Part shown: positions 32,192-42,813 of the stretch, piece after piece
Numbering within the stretch: the stretch's first letter is position 1
Layout: each line of letters opens with the position of its first letter
Assembly (NCBI GenBank): GCA_958418185.1
Contig: CATZEP010000001.1
Location: forward strand, 13,103-77,102
Reading direction: 5' to 3'
DNA: 64,000 bases
From: an uncultured Collinsella sp.
Lineage (GTDB): Bacteria; Actinomycetota; Coriobacteriia; Coriobacteriales; Coriobacteriaceae
Made by a program: the position numbers and the translations under genes
The notes under the pieces: generated by a model
What the model was told of the DNA's origin: nothing
Seen by the model: only the letters and a program-made list of their open reading frames with translations
Databases searched by the model: none

Positions 32192-33125
32192 CAAGATCGC
32201 CAATCGCAAGGTTATCTGCGACACGCTGCTCGAGGCCGCGAAGACCGATAAAGACATCGTCGTCTTGTGCTCCGACTCCCGTGGCTCCGCGTCGCTCACG
32301 CCGTTCTTTGATCAGTATCCCCAGCAGTCCGTTGAGGTCGGCATCGCCGAGCAGGACCTGGTGAGCATCGCCGCCGGTATGGCTTCGTGCGGCAAGAAGG
32401 CCTGGGCCGCCTCGCCGGCATCCTTTGTGACCACGCGCTCGTATGAGCAGTGCAAGGTCGACGTCTCGTACTCCAACACCAACGTCAAACTCATCGGCAT
32501 CTCGGGCGGCGTGTCCTACGGCGCCCTGGGTATGAGCCACCACTCCGCGCAGGATATCGCCGCCATGAGCGCGATTCCCAACATGCGCGTGTATCTGCCG
32601 AGCGACCGCTTCCAGACCGCCGAGCTCGTGCGCGCCCTGGTAGCCGATAACAAGCCGGCCTATATCCGCGTGGGGCGCAATCCGGTCGAGGACGTGTACA
32701 CCGAGGACGAGTGCCCGTTCCAGATGGATCGCGCCACCTGGGTGCGCCGCGGCACCGATGTGACGCTCGTCGCCACCGGCGAGATGGTCCGCCATGCCGT
32801 GGATGCCGCCGACCTGCTGGCCGAGCAGGGCATCTCGGCAACGGTGCTCGACATGTACTGCGTCAAGCCGCTCGACACCGAGGCCGTGATTGAGGCAGCC
32901 GGCGCCACGCGCGCCGTCGTGACCGTCGAGGAGCACAGCTCCTTCGGAGGCCTGGGCTCTATGGTCGCGCAGGTGGTGGGCGAGCATTGCCCGCGTCCGG
33001 TCAAGTGCCTCTCCCTGCCCGACGCGCCGGTCATCACCGGTACGAGCCCCGAGGTCTTTGCGCACTACGGCCTGACGGGTGCCGGAATCGCGCAGACGGT
33101 CGCCGACTTCCTGCCCACAGAGTAA
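32184..33125 (+). CDS. Transketolase, C-terminal (pyrimidine-binding) subunit
   Basis: EVGIAEQ, GMSHHS, YIRVGR, VTVEEH; overlaps the upstream stop. Confidence 0.93.
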   Translation: MANKIANRKVICDTLLEAAKTDKDIVVLCSDSRGSASLTPFFDQYPQQSVEVGIAEQDLVSIAAGMASCGKKAWAASPASFVTTRSYEQCKVDVSYSNTNVKLIGISGGVSYGALGMSHHSAQDIAAMSAIPNMRVYLPSDRFQTAELVRALVADNKPAYIRVGRNPVEDVYTEDECPFQMDRATWVRRGTDVTLVATGEMVRHAVDAADLLAEQGISATVLDMYCVKPLDTEAVIEAAGATRAVVTVEEHSSFGGLGSMVAQVVGEHCPRPVKCLSLPDAPVITGTSPEVFAHYGLTGAGIAQTVADFLPTE

Positions 33126-33128
33126 CTG

Positions 33129-33163
33129 GAATGTGACAAAGGGGCCGTCCCTTTGTCACATTC
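33129..33163. repeat. REP-like palindrome, family B (ACAAAGGG...CCTTTGT)
   Basis: GAATGTGACAAAGGG-gccgt-CCCTTTGTCACATTC; related to 36254-36286 and 37674-37706. Confidence 0.75.
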
Positions 33164-33181
33164 GTTTTGAAAGGGGTGGCC

Positions 33182-34672
33182 ATGGGCCGCTACATCATCG
33201 GAATCGATCAATCCACGCAGGGCACCAAGGCGCTGCTGGTGGACGAGGGCGGCCATCTGATTCATCGTGCCGATCGCTCGCATCGCCAGATTGTCAACGA
33301 GGCCGGCTGGGTGAGCCATGATCCGGCCGAGATTGCCGCCAATGTGCTGGCCGTGGCGCGTGCCGTGGTGGAGGAGACTGGGGTCGACCCGGCCGACGTC
33401 GCCGGCATCGGCATCTCCAACCAGCGCGAGACCACCGTTGCCTGGAACCGCACGACGGGCGATCCGCTGTGCGACGCCGTGGTGTGGCAGTGCGCCCGCG
33501 CCCGCGAGCTGTGCGACGAGCTGGCCGCACGCGAGGGTGTGGCCGACCTGGTGCGCGACACGACGGGTCTGGTACTCTCGCCCTACTATCCGGCGGGCAA
33601 GATGGCTTGGATTCTCGCGAACGTTCCCGCGGCTGCCGAGGCCGAGGCGGCGGGTGAGCTGTGTCTGGGCACCATCGATGCCTGGGTGGTCTGGACGCTC
33701 ACGGGCGGCGCGGAGTTCCGCTGCGACTGGTCTAACGCCGGCCGCACGCAGCTCTTTGACCTGCGCCGTGGCTGCTGGAGCGAGCCGGTGTGCGAGGCCT
33801 TTGGCGTCGACGTGGCCTGCCTGCCGCAGGTGACCGATTCCGATGGCCTGTTCGGCACGACGGACCTGGGCGGCTTTTTGCCGGCACCCGTGCCCATTCA
33901 CGGCGTGCTCGGCGACAGCCATGCGGCCTTGTTCGCGCAGGGTTGCCGCAGCCGCGGTATGGCCAAGGCGACCTATGGCACCGGCAGCTCGGTCATGATG
34001 AACGTCGGCGACGAGTTCGTTGCCAGCTCGCACGGGCTTTCGAGCTCGCTCGCATGGCGTATGGACGGCGTGACCGAGTATGTACTCGAGGGCAACGTGA
34101 GCTACGCCGGCGCCGTTAAGACGTGGCTGCGCGATGATCTGGAGCTCATCAATAACCCCGAGGAAGTTACCGACCTGTGCTACGCCGCCAATCCGGCGAG
34201 CCGTGTCTACTTTGTACCGGCGTTTACCGGTTTGGGCGCGCCGCACTGGGCGAGTGACGCCGAGGGCTGCGTCTTTGGCATGACGCGCACCACGGGTCGC
34301 GCGGAGTTCGTGAAGGCCGCCGACGAGTCGATTGCCTATCAGATCTTTGACGTGATCGATGCGATGGTCGAGGACTCGGGCGCGGCATTGGCCGAGCTTC
34401 GTGTTGACGGCGGTCCCACGCGCGACGCGTACCTGATGCAGTTTGAGAGCGACTTGGTTGGTTCGCCCATTCGCATCGCGAGCAACGACGAGATGAGCGG
34501 TCTGGGTGCGGCCTGGGCCTGCGGCATTGCGCTGGGCATGTACACGCGCGATGTCGTCGACGTCTACGGTGCCCGCGGCATCGTGGAGCCTGTCATGACC
34601 GCCGACGAACGCACCAAAAAGATCGCCGGCTGGCGCCACGCTGTCAAATCAACAATTGCATACACTGCCTAG
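33182..34672 (+). CDS. FGGY/glycerol-kinase-like sugar kinase (candidate apulose kinase)
   Basis: IDQSTQGTK, ISNQRET, VWQCAR, KATYGTG, PAFTGLGAPHW, LRVDGG. Confidence 0.88.
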   Translation: MGRYIIGIDQSTQGTKALLVDEGGHLIHRADRSHRQIVNEAGWVSHDPAEIAANVLAVARAVVEETGVDPADVAGIGISNQRETTVAWNRTTGDPLCDAVVWQCARARELCDELAAREGVADLVRDTTGLVLSPYYPAGKMAWILANVPAAAEAEAAGELCLGTIDAWVVWTLTGGAEFRCDWSNAGRTQLFDLRRGCWSEPVCEAFGVDVACLPQVTDSDGLFGTTDLGGFLPAPVPIHGVLGDSHAALFAQGCRSRGMAKATYGTGSSVMMNVGDEFVASSHGLSSSLAWRMDGVTEYVLEGNVSYAGAVKTWLRDDLELINNPEEVTDLCYAANPASRVYFVPAFTGLGAPHWASDAEGCVFGMTRTTGRAEFVKAADESIAYQIFDVIDAMVEDSGAALAELRVDGGPTRDAYLMQFESDLVGSPIRIASNDEMSGLGAAWACGIALGMYTRDVVDVYGARGIVEPVMTADERTKKIAGWRHAVKSTIAYTA

Positions 34673-34684
34673 CATGATTTTTCC

Positions 34685-34811
34685 GGGACGGGGATTAAAA
34701 ACTCATTGGTCCTCGTCCCAGGTAGCTTATTTGGGACGGGGCTTTTTTGACTGGTATGATTGGTGCGACCATTCGAACCAGCTAAAAGAGCCCCGTCCCA
34801 AATTGACTACC
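34685..34811. repeat. Two tandem GGGACGGGG...CCCCGTCCC foldbacks (REP-like)
   Basis: Hairpins at 34685-34719 and 34721-34811 (ATTTGGGACGGGGCT...AGCCCCGTCCCAAAT). Confidence 0.75.
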
Positions 34812-34824
34812 GAGAGGATCTGCT

Positions 34825-35313
34825 ATGGAGCGCATCGCGAGTTTTTCCGTTGACCATCTGCTGCTTGAGCCCGGCGTGTATGTGAGCCGCATTGACCGCG
34901 ATTCGGCGACCGGTGCCGCCGTCACCACCTTTGATCTGCGCCTGACCACGCCCAACAAGGAGCCGGTCATGAACACGGCCGAGTGCCACACCATCGAGCA
35001 CCTGGGCGCGACGTTCCTCCGCAATCATGCCGAGTGGTCGAGCCGCATTGTCTACTTTGGCCCCATGGGCTGCCGCACGGGCTTTTACCTCGTCGTTTTT
35101 GGTGAGCTGACGAGCGAGGAGATTCTGCCGCTCGTGCGCGAGCTGTTCGAGTTTGTCGCCGACTTTGAGGGTGATGTCCCCGGAGCCGCTCCCGAGGAGT
35201 GCGGTAACTACCTGGACCAGAACCTCCCCATGGCAAACTGGCTCGCGCGCCGCTATCTCGACCGCGACCTGGCCGATATCGACGAGAAGCACCTGCACTA
35301 TCAGCAGGCGTAA
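34825..35313 (+). CDS. luxS: S-ribosylhomocysteine lyase
   Basis: SFSVDH, FDLR, HTIEHL, GPMGCRTGFY, ECGNY. Confidence 0.96.
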   Translation: MERIASFSVDHLLLEPGVYVSRIDRDSATGAAVTTFDLRLTTPNKEPVMNTAECHTIEHLGATFLRNHAEWSSRIVYFGPMGCRTGFYLVVFGELTSEEILPLVRELFEFVADFEGDVPGAAPEECGNYLDQNLPMANWLARRYLDRDLADIDEKHLHYQQA

Positions 35314-35342
35314 GGCTGCTGGCAGGAATAGCGTTTGCGCCA

Positions 35343-35374
35343 GAAGCGCTCCCGCTCTTTGTGGGGCGCTTTTT
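35343..35374 (+). terminator. Intrinsic terminator
   Basis: GAAGCGCTCCCGC...GTGGGGCGCTTTTT. Confidence 0.7.
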
Positions 35375-35448
35375 CATGCTGGGCGCTCAAAACGGAACGA
35401 GATAGTTCTAGAATGTTCATACTGTCACATAAACGAACAGGAGCGAGC

Positions 35449-36093
35449 ATGCATATCTACTCTGTATCAGATCCCGAGTTCAAATCTTATGGCCGCGTGT
35501 GGAACGACGTTCCGTCCAACCTGACCGCTCCGCTCGTCGGGGCGCTTTCCGCTACGCCCATCCCCGAGGGCAGCAAGTACGTAGCAAGCGCGCCGGAGCT
35601 CGAGGGCGTCAAGGATGCCGATAAACTGGGCTTTCTCATGTTTGGCGGCCGTCCCTTCCAGCTCGGCTGGTGCAACGGCCACAACACGCGTCTCAACTGC
35701 CTGGAGTACCACCGCGCGAGCGAGTTCAACCTGGGTGCACGCGACTTTATCCTGCTCGTGGCACATCGCTGGGAGATCGAGGACGGCAAGCTCGATACCG
35801 CGTGCGTCAAGGCGTTCCGCGTGCCGGCGGGCAAGGTCGTCGAGGTTTTCAACACCACGCTCCACTACACGCCGTGCATGGTCGACGACGGTGGCTTCCA
35901 GGTGATGGTGGCGCTGCCCGCTGGCACCAATGGTCCGCGCCCCGAGGCCGCGGCCGACATGCCCGCGGCCGGTGACAGCTACTGCTACTGGAAGGCAGAC
36001 AAGTGGGTCCTCTGCCACGCCGACAGCCCCAAGGCTGCCGAGGGCGGCTACGTAGGCCTCATCGGCAAGAACCTCGACATCGCCGTGGACTAG
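35449..36093 (+). CDS. DUF4867-like (cupin/ureidoglycolate-lyase-like fold) protein
   Basis: GWCNGHN..LNCLEYH..SE, TTLHYTPC, KWVLCH, GLIGKN; family recognised from memory. Confidence 0.7.
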   Translation: MHIYSVSDPEFKSYGRVWNDVPSNLTAPLVGALSATPIPEGSKYVASAPELEGVKDADKLGFLMFGGRPFQLGWCNGHNTRLNCLEYHRASEFNLGARDFILLVAHRWEIEDGKLDTACVKAFRVPAGKVVEVFNTTLHYTPCMVDDGGFQVMVALPAGTNGPRPEAAADMPAAGDSYCYWKADKWVLCHADSPKAAEGGYVGLIGKNLDIAVD

Positions 36094-36286
36094 AATCTTC
36101 CGTCTCAATCTGTAACATCTGGCGGGCTAAATCGTCTCTACCTGTTACAGATTTAGACAAACTGCAGGGGAAAGACCGAACAATCTCAATCTGTAACACC
36201 AAGCCCGATTTTGGCGGCCCAACTGTTACAGATCGAGACAAACCGGGCCCAATCCACCACAAAGGTGCCTGTCCCCATTGTGGTGG
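36039..36286. repeat. Direct repeat copy 1 (~248 bp): last ~17 codons of the DUF4867 gene, palindromic array and family-B REP
   Basis: Aligns closely with 37462-37706 with scattered mismatches. Confidence 0.92.
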
Positions 36287-36290
36287 CTGC

Positions 36291-37397
36291 CTAGAGTTGG
36301 CTGCGCAGGTAGTCAGCCATATATGGTACGGCGAAGCGCACGTAACCGCGGCGCGCCTGTTCGATTACGCCGGCGTCGATGAGGCGCCGGCGATACTTTT
36401 GTGCGTAGTCCGGTGTGACTGACATGCGCTTCGCAACATCAGAAATGCGAGACACGGCGGCTTCGTCATCGGTCATTGCAGCGAGAAACGCAACATCTTG
36501 GTCCGATAGCGCGGCGAGCGTCGTTTCGCACACATCGTTTTCGAAATCGGCCTTTGACGCTTCGATTGCTCCGTCGACTTGCTCTGGCGTTACGTGTTCT
36601 CCTGCCTGGCAACGATTGGCGATGTTGTAGCCGATGAGCTGCAGCATGTAGGGCGAGCCCTGAGTTGCGCGAGCAGCGTCCAGCCGAAGATTGCCTGGAA
36701 TATCAAGGTCGAGCTCTTCGAAAGCTCGCTGATAGTAGGCATCCACATCTCCAACTGAAAGCGGTTCGAGCGTGACCTTGCGTGCGCGGTTGAGAAATGT
36801 CAGTACGCGGTCGTTGAGTGTCGCGGAGACTGCTCCCGGGAGGCCCGCCATGACGAGCGCGACGTTGAGCCCCTCGCCGACCAGCTCTTGATAGGCGGTG
36901 ACGAGCTGTCTGATCTCGGGCGAATTGGCCTGGAGCTCATCGATGAGGATGAGGATGCCGTGTCCCTGCTCGGTCAGCTTGCGCGCCAGCTGCGTGAGCT
37001 TGAACTGGAAGCTTTTGGTTTCCTGCACATCGCGCGTGAACTCAAGGCCGGCTGAGAAGCCGAAGACGCTCAGGCTGCCGCCCGCAAGTTTGGGGAGACG
37101 ATGCTTGTTGGCGTAGGGCTCGCCCGCTTCCTGGATCTTCTCAACAATGCGCTCGAGCATATCCTCGGAGGCTACGGTGGGCGTGGCGACAACAAAGCCG
37201 AGCTTGCGTGCGCGATCGGCAAGTTCCCACAGCAGAACCGTTTTGCCGCTGCCTCGCTGGCCGAGCATGAGCATAGCCCGGTCTCGATTGCCCGGCTCCT
37301 GCTCAAGGCCGGAGATGAATGTCGAAATCACGCTCCCGCGCCCCACCAGATAGGACGGGCGATTTCCAAATGAGGGGGAGAAGATGGTTTCAGTCAT
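36291..37397 (-). CDS. Stand-alone AAA/STAND-like ATPase with C-terminal winged helix
   Basis: FSPSFGNRPSYLVGR, GQRGSGKT, ILIDELQ, GSPYMLQLIG, YRRRLIDAGVI..RGYVRFAVP. Confidence 0.85.
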   Translation of the reverse strand: MTETIFSPSFGNRPSYLVGRGSVISTFISGLEQEPGNRDRAMLMLGQRGSGKTVLLWELADRARKLGFVVATPTVASEDMLERIVEKIQEAGEPYANKHRLPKLAGGSLSVFGFSAGLEFTRDVQETKSFQFKLTQLARKLTEQGHGILILIDELQANSPEIRQLVTAYQELVGEGLNVALVMAGLPGAVSATLNDRVLTFLNRARKVTLEPLSVGDVDAYYQRAFEELDLDIPGNLRLDAARATQGSPYMLQLIGYNIANRCQAGEHVTPEQVDGAIEASKADFENDVCETTLAALSDQDVAFLAAMTDDEAAVSRISDVAKRMSVTPDYAQKYRRRLIDAGVIEQARRGYVRFAVPYMADYLRSQL

Positions 37398-37461
37398 GAG
37401 TCTCCTTTCCTTTTTTTCCTATTTTTTCCTTTTTTCCCTATTCAGTCAAATATCCCGCCGG

Positions 37462-37706
37462 CGAAGGCGGCTACGTAGGCCTCATCGGCAAGAACCTCGA
37501 CATCGCCTGCGACTAGAATCTTCTGTCTCGATCTGTAACATCTAGCGGGCTAAATCGTCTCTACCTGTTACAGATTTAGACAAACTGCAGGGGCTGCCCG
37601 AAAAATCTCGATTTGTAACACCAGGCCCGGTTTTGGCTGCCTAACTGTTACGGATCGAGACAAACCGCCCCAACCACCACAAAGGTGCCTGTCCCCTTTG
37701 TGGTGG
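37462..37706. repeat. Direct repeat copy 2 (~245 bp), with an orphan gene tail EGGYVGLIGKNLDIACD*
   Basis: Duplicate of 36039-36286. Confidence 0.92.
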
Positions 37707-37848
37707 TTTGGGCATGCGGGTATCAAAAAGTGTCAGATGGGGGCGGCTGTCGAGCGCCCGCGTGCGAAAAGAAGTGTCGACCTGCGCCGCTGTCGTTGGG
37801 CGAGGCCCTATTTGCGGGGATACTGAAACCACGACAAGCAGCGTATGA

Positions 37849-39291
<1,443 letters not shown>

Positions 39292-39433
39292 GGAAGCTGA
39301 GACGCTCAACTTCAGAGCCTCCTGACCAAGGCGCCCGGCGAGTAGTTAATGCTCGCCGGGCGCCTTGCCGTCTGCGGATTTTGGGACATGTGGCCCGCTT
39401 TTTGGGCCCGCCTGTCGGTACACTAAAAGCACT

Positions 39434-41317
39434 ATGGGTACCCGCGAGCGACATATCGGCCACGCGGCCGCCCGATCCGCACCCGTGGCGGATCCCAGGG
39501 GCGGCAGGCTCTTCGCCATGCCGCGATTCCTTGTTGGCATAACACATCAGGTGTACCGTCACCGCGTCTTCGCTATCGCCGGCGCCATCACCGCGCTGTT
39601 CCTCATACTTTTGGCAGTCTTGCCGGCGCTGTTCGCCTTCGACCTCAAACTTTCTAACGCCGTGCCCGCCTATAGTGAGGTGTCCAAAGAGGTCGTGGAT
39701 GCGCTCGTCCATTCGAGCTCTCTCCCGTTGCTTGTCGCCGCAATTGTATTTTCGATTTGGGGCGTATCGGTCTATCTGCGCTGTTTGGACTATGTGTTGC
39801 GCCGCCGCCTTGTTGCCGTCGCCACCATCTGCGCCCTGTGGATGATCGAAGTCATTCTCAAGTACAAGTCGTTCACGCCGTTCTATGCCACCGTGCTGTG
39901 GTACCTGTACTACGTGCCCATGACGCTCATTCCGCTGCTCTACCAGTTGTGTGGTCTGCGCCTTGCAGGCCTGGAACAACACCGCCTGGGTCGCCGCTAC
40001 TGCGCTGCGCTGTGGATTGTGGCCATCCTGCTTATCGGATTTGTGCTCACCAACGATTTTCACCAGCAGGTCTTTCGCTTTGACCGCACAAGCGACACCT
40101 GGAGCAACGATTACACGTACGGCTGGGGTTATTTCGCCGTCCTCGTGTGGACGGCCTTTGACTTCGTGGCCTTTTTTATCCTGGTTGGCCGGTCCTCATC
40201 CTTTCGCATCCAGCGTTTCTCGGGCACGGCGGCGCTCGTACTGCTGGGTGGCGCATTCTTTGCCATCTCGTATGCGCTGCGCGTGCCCTGGGCATGGAGG
40301 CTCAACTTTTCGCTCGTCTATTGCGTCCTGTGCGTGGTGGCGATGGAAATCTGTCTCGATTGCGGTGTCATTCCGTCGTATCACGACATCGCCGGCATCT
40401 TCGACACCTTGCCGCTCGACCTCAAAGTTCTAACGCACGATCTGCAGGAAGTCTATGCCACGCCGGTGTCAAAGCCAATGCCAGTAGGCGTGCTCGAGGA
40501 GTTGCGGACCCAGGAGCACAGCCGCGCCCATGCCTTTGCCGTGGCGTCCGATCCCGATGTGATGTACCGCGCCTTTCCGCTACTGGGCGGATCGGCCCTG
40601 CTTGCCCAAGACGTGTCGGAACTCAACGAGCTCAATCGCAAACTGGCACATCGTCGCATGGAGCTGCAGCGCCAAAACGAACTGCTCACGGCCGACTACG
40701 ACCTTAAGACGCACCTGGCAGATCAAGAGGCCGAGACCTTGCTGGTCCAAGACGTGGACCAAGCGCTTGCCCGCGCGCTCGAAGGGATGTACGACCTGCT
40801 GAGCTCGCTGCCGCCGTTGACCGACGAAGCGTCTTCGCACGAGCGTTACCGCATGCTGCAGCGCGCCAAGATGCTCGTCGCCTATTGCAAGCGCAAGGGG
40901 TCGCTCACGTTGGCACAGCACGGGGAGAGCGGTTTTGATCGCGACCGCATTCAGCTCATTGCCAACGAGCTCGCAAGCGACCTGCGCACCATCGATATCG
41001 ATTGCGCCTCGATTATTGCCATACGGCGCCCGTTGCACGCCAGTACGGTAAGCGCCCTGTACGACTGCGTGTACGACTTTGCGTTTTTTGCCTACACCAC
41101 CGACCATCCGGCGCTTATGTATCACTTGGGCGACCATGACCGATGCAGTGTCGAGCTGCGCGCCACGCTTTTTTCCAACGATGATGAAGATCTTTCGCAG
41201 ACGCCCGCTGCGCAAGAGCTCGAAAGCGCTCTGCAAGGGCGCAACGTGGCATACCGCCTTGAGGGCGAGCCCGGCCAGCTGCGCATGATCGTCTTGATGC
41301 CGAGGGCGGGTGAGTGA
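39434..41317 (+). CDS. Multi-TM sensor (HisKA-7TM-like) with degenerate kinase-like C-terminus; start uncertain
   Basis: LWYLYYVP, LTNDFHQQVF, YTYGWGY, coiled coil, AYCKRKGSL; no clear H/N/G boxes. Confidence 0.65.
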   Translation: MGTRERHIGHAAARSAPVADPRGGRLFAMPRFLVGITHQVYRHRVFAIAGAITALFLILLAVLPALFAFDLKLSNAVPAYSEVSKEVVDALVHSSSLPLLVAAIVFSIWGVSVYLRCLDYVLRRRLVAVATICALWMIEVILKYKSFTPFYATVLWYLYYVPMTLIPLLYQLCGLRLAGLEQHRLGRRYCAALWIVAILLIGFVLTNDFHQQVFRFDRTSDTWSNDYTYGWGYFAVLVWTAFDFVAFFILVGRSSSFRIQRFSGTAALVLLGGAFFAISYALRVPWAWRLNFSLVYCVLCVVAMEICLDCGVIPSYHDIAGIFDTLPLDLKVLTHDLQEVYATPVSKPMPVGVLEELRTQEHSRAHAFAVASDPDVMYRAFPLLGGSALLAQDVSELNELNRKLAHRRMELQRQNELLTADYDLKTHLADQEAETLLVQDVDQALARALEGMYDLLSSLPPLTDEASSHERYRMLQRAKMLVAYCKRKGSLTLAQHGESGFDRDRIQLIANELASDLRTIDIDCASIIAIRRPLHASTVSALYDCVYDFAFFAYTTDHPALMYHLGDHDRCSVELRATLFSNDDEDLSQTPAAQELESALQGRNVAYRLEGEPGQLRMIVLMPRAGE

Positions 41318-42813
41318 CGATGCAGATCCCGCTCATCCTTCCCCAAATCGTTGCGCTCGATGTTGTCTTTGCCCTGGCTGCTTGTCTGCAGACGATCCAC
41401 GTCCCGCTCATCGCATCGCGCCGCTCATCCTATAACCGTAAGGTGATTTGCGCCTACGAGGCGAGCCTTGTGCTTCATCTGATGATTTCGGCGCTCATCT
41501 TATTCGCGTCGTCTGGCTCGTATCTGGTGGCGCCGCTTGACGTTTGCGCCAGGGCAATGGGCGGAGCGTTGTGGCTCAATGCCGCGATCTTTGTCTATGG
41601 CGTGGTACTTATGGTGCACTATCGTCGCCTCGTCATGCTGGTCGAGCTGCTGCTTGTTGTCGCCGTTACACCGCCGGTGGTTTTTGCCGTGGGCCCGGCG
41701 TGGACCGTTGTCCTTATCGCAGAGGGAGCGTTCTTCCTGTTCCGTTCCATCGCGGCGCTCTTGATGGACGTCCGTAACCGCCAGGATGATATCACCATGT
41801 TCTCGACGATCGAGACCATCAACGTGATTCCCGTGGGCATCCTGTATCTAGACCCGAGGGGCCGTCCGCTACTCATGAACCGCTGCATGCGCAAAAACCT
41901 GGTGGAACTTCATATGCCAACCGATCTACGCGACATGAGCAGCACATGGAACGACCTGCGCAAACTTAGCATGCAAATGCCCGAAAGCAGCGCTAATCGC
42001 GCCCATATCGACCTTGATCGCTTTGGTAGGGATCGCGTCGTGGTCGAGATCTCTCCTTCCGAGATTCGTCTGTTCGTGCGTGACTCCGTTACGGTCTCGG
42101 GCCGTCCGTTCGAGCGTGTCGTCGGCCTGGACGTGACGGAATACGCACACGCCTACGACCGCTTGGCGCAAGCCAACCACCTGCTCGAGCTTGCGGGCCA
42201 AGAACTTCAAGCACAGATCGAAGAGGTCAAAAAGGTTGCCGACAATGCGGCCTACCTACGTATGCGCGCCCGCGTTCACGATGTGATCGGGCAGCGCCTG
42301 TCCATTCTTCATCGCTATTTGGAGGAGGGGCGTCTGGACGATGAGTCGCTCGAGCAGATTGACCCGTTGCTGCGCTCAATCGCCGCCGATTTGCGCAGTG
42401 GCGGTGCCAGCGAGCCTGCAGAACAGCTGGATGATATCGTCCATGCTTTTGGCCTGGTGAGTGTGCAGATCGATGTTGAGGGTGCGCTGCCCGAGGACGC
42501 GCGTGTCGCCGTCGCATTTTTGCAGATTATCCGCGAGGCCTCGACCAATGCCACCAAGCATGCGCAGGCGCATCGGGTCCACGTGCGTCTGTGGCAGGAG
42601 GGGGCGGATGCTGGCGCCGTCGCGCGCATGACGATTTCTAACGACGGGTCCCCGGCCCCCGTATCGTATCGCGAGGGAACGGGTATCCCAGGTATGAGGC
42701 ATGTCGCGCAAGATCTGGGTGGCAGCCTAGAGGTCCACGCCGCCCCGCCCTTTACGCTTGCGGTGTCCATCCCGCTTAACGCCAACGACACGTCCCAAAG
42801 GAGAAGCTCATGA
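41314..42813 (+). CDS. Membrane sensor histidine kinase (HisKA_3/NarX type)
   Basis: ARVHDVIGQRLS H-box, REASTNATKHA N-box, NDG, GTGIPGM. Confidence 0.88.
   Translation: MTMQIPLILPQIVALDVVFALAACLQTIHVPLIASRRSSYNRKVICAYEASLVLHLMISALILFASSGSYLVAPLDVCARAMGGALWLNAAIFVYGVVLMVHYRRLVMLVELLLVVAVTPPVVFAVGPAWTVVLIAEGAFFLFRSIAALLMDVRNRQDDITMFSTIETINVIPVGILYLDPRGRPLLMNRCMRKNLVELHMPTDLRDMSSTWNDLRKLSMQMPESSANRAHIDLDRFGRDRVVVEISPSEIRLFVRDSVTVSGRPFERVVGLDVTEYAHAYDRLAQANHLLELAGQELQAQIEEVKKVADNAAYLRMRARVHDVIGQRLSILHRYLEEGRLDDESLEQIDPLLRSIAADLRSGGASEPAEQLDDIVHAFGLVSVQIDVEGALPEDARVAVAFLQIIREASTNATKHAQAHRVHVRLWQEGADAGAVARMTISNDGSPAPVSYREGTGIPGMRHVAQDLGGSLEVHAAPPFTLAVSIPLNANDTSQRRSS

Noticed and set aside
33182..34672. 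Calling the kinase glpK
   Set aside because: Motifs diverge (DQSTQGTK, VWQCAR), no glpF/glpD nearby, and the context is isomerase plus transketolase
36102..37661. CRISPR array interpretation of the TCTGTAACA repeats
   Set aside because: Repeats alternate in orientation, are only 16 bp, spacers recur between the two copies, and there are no cas genes
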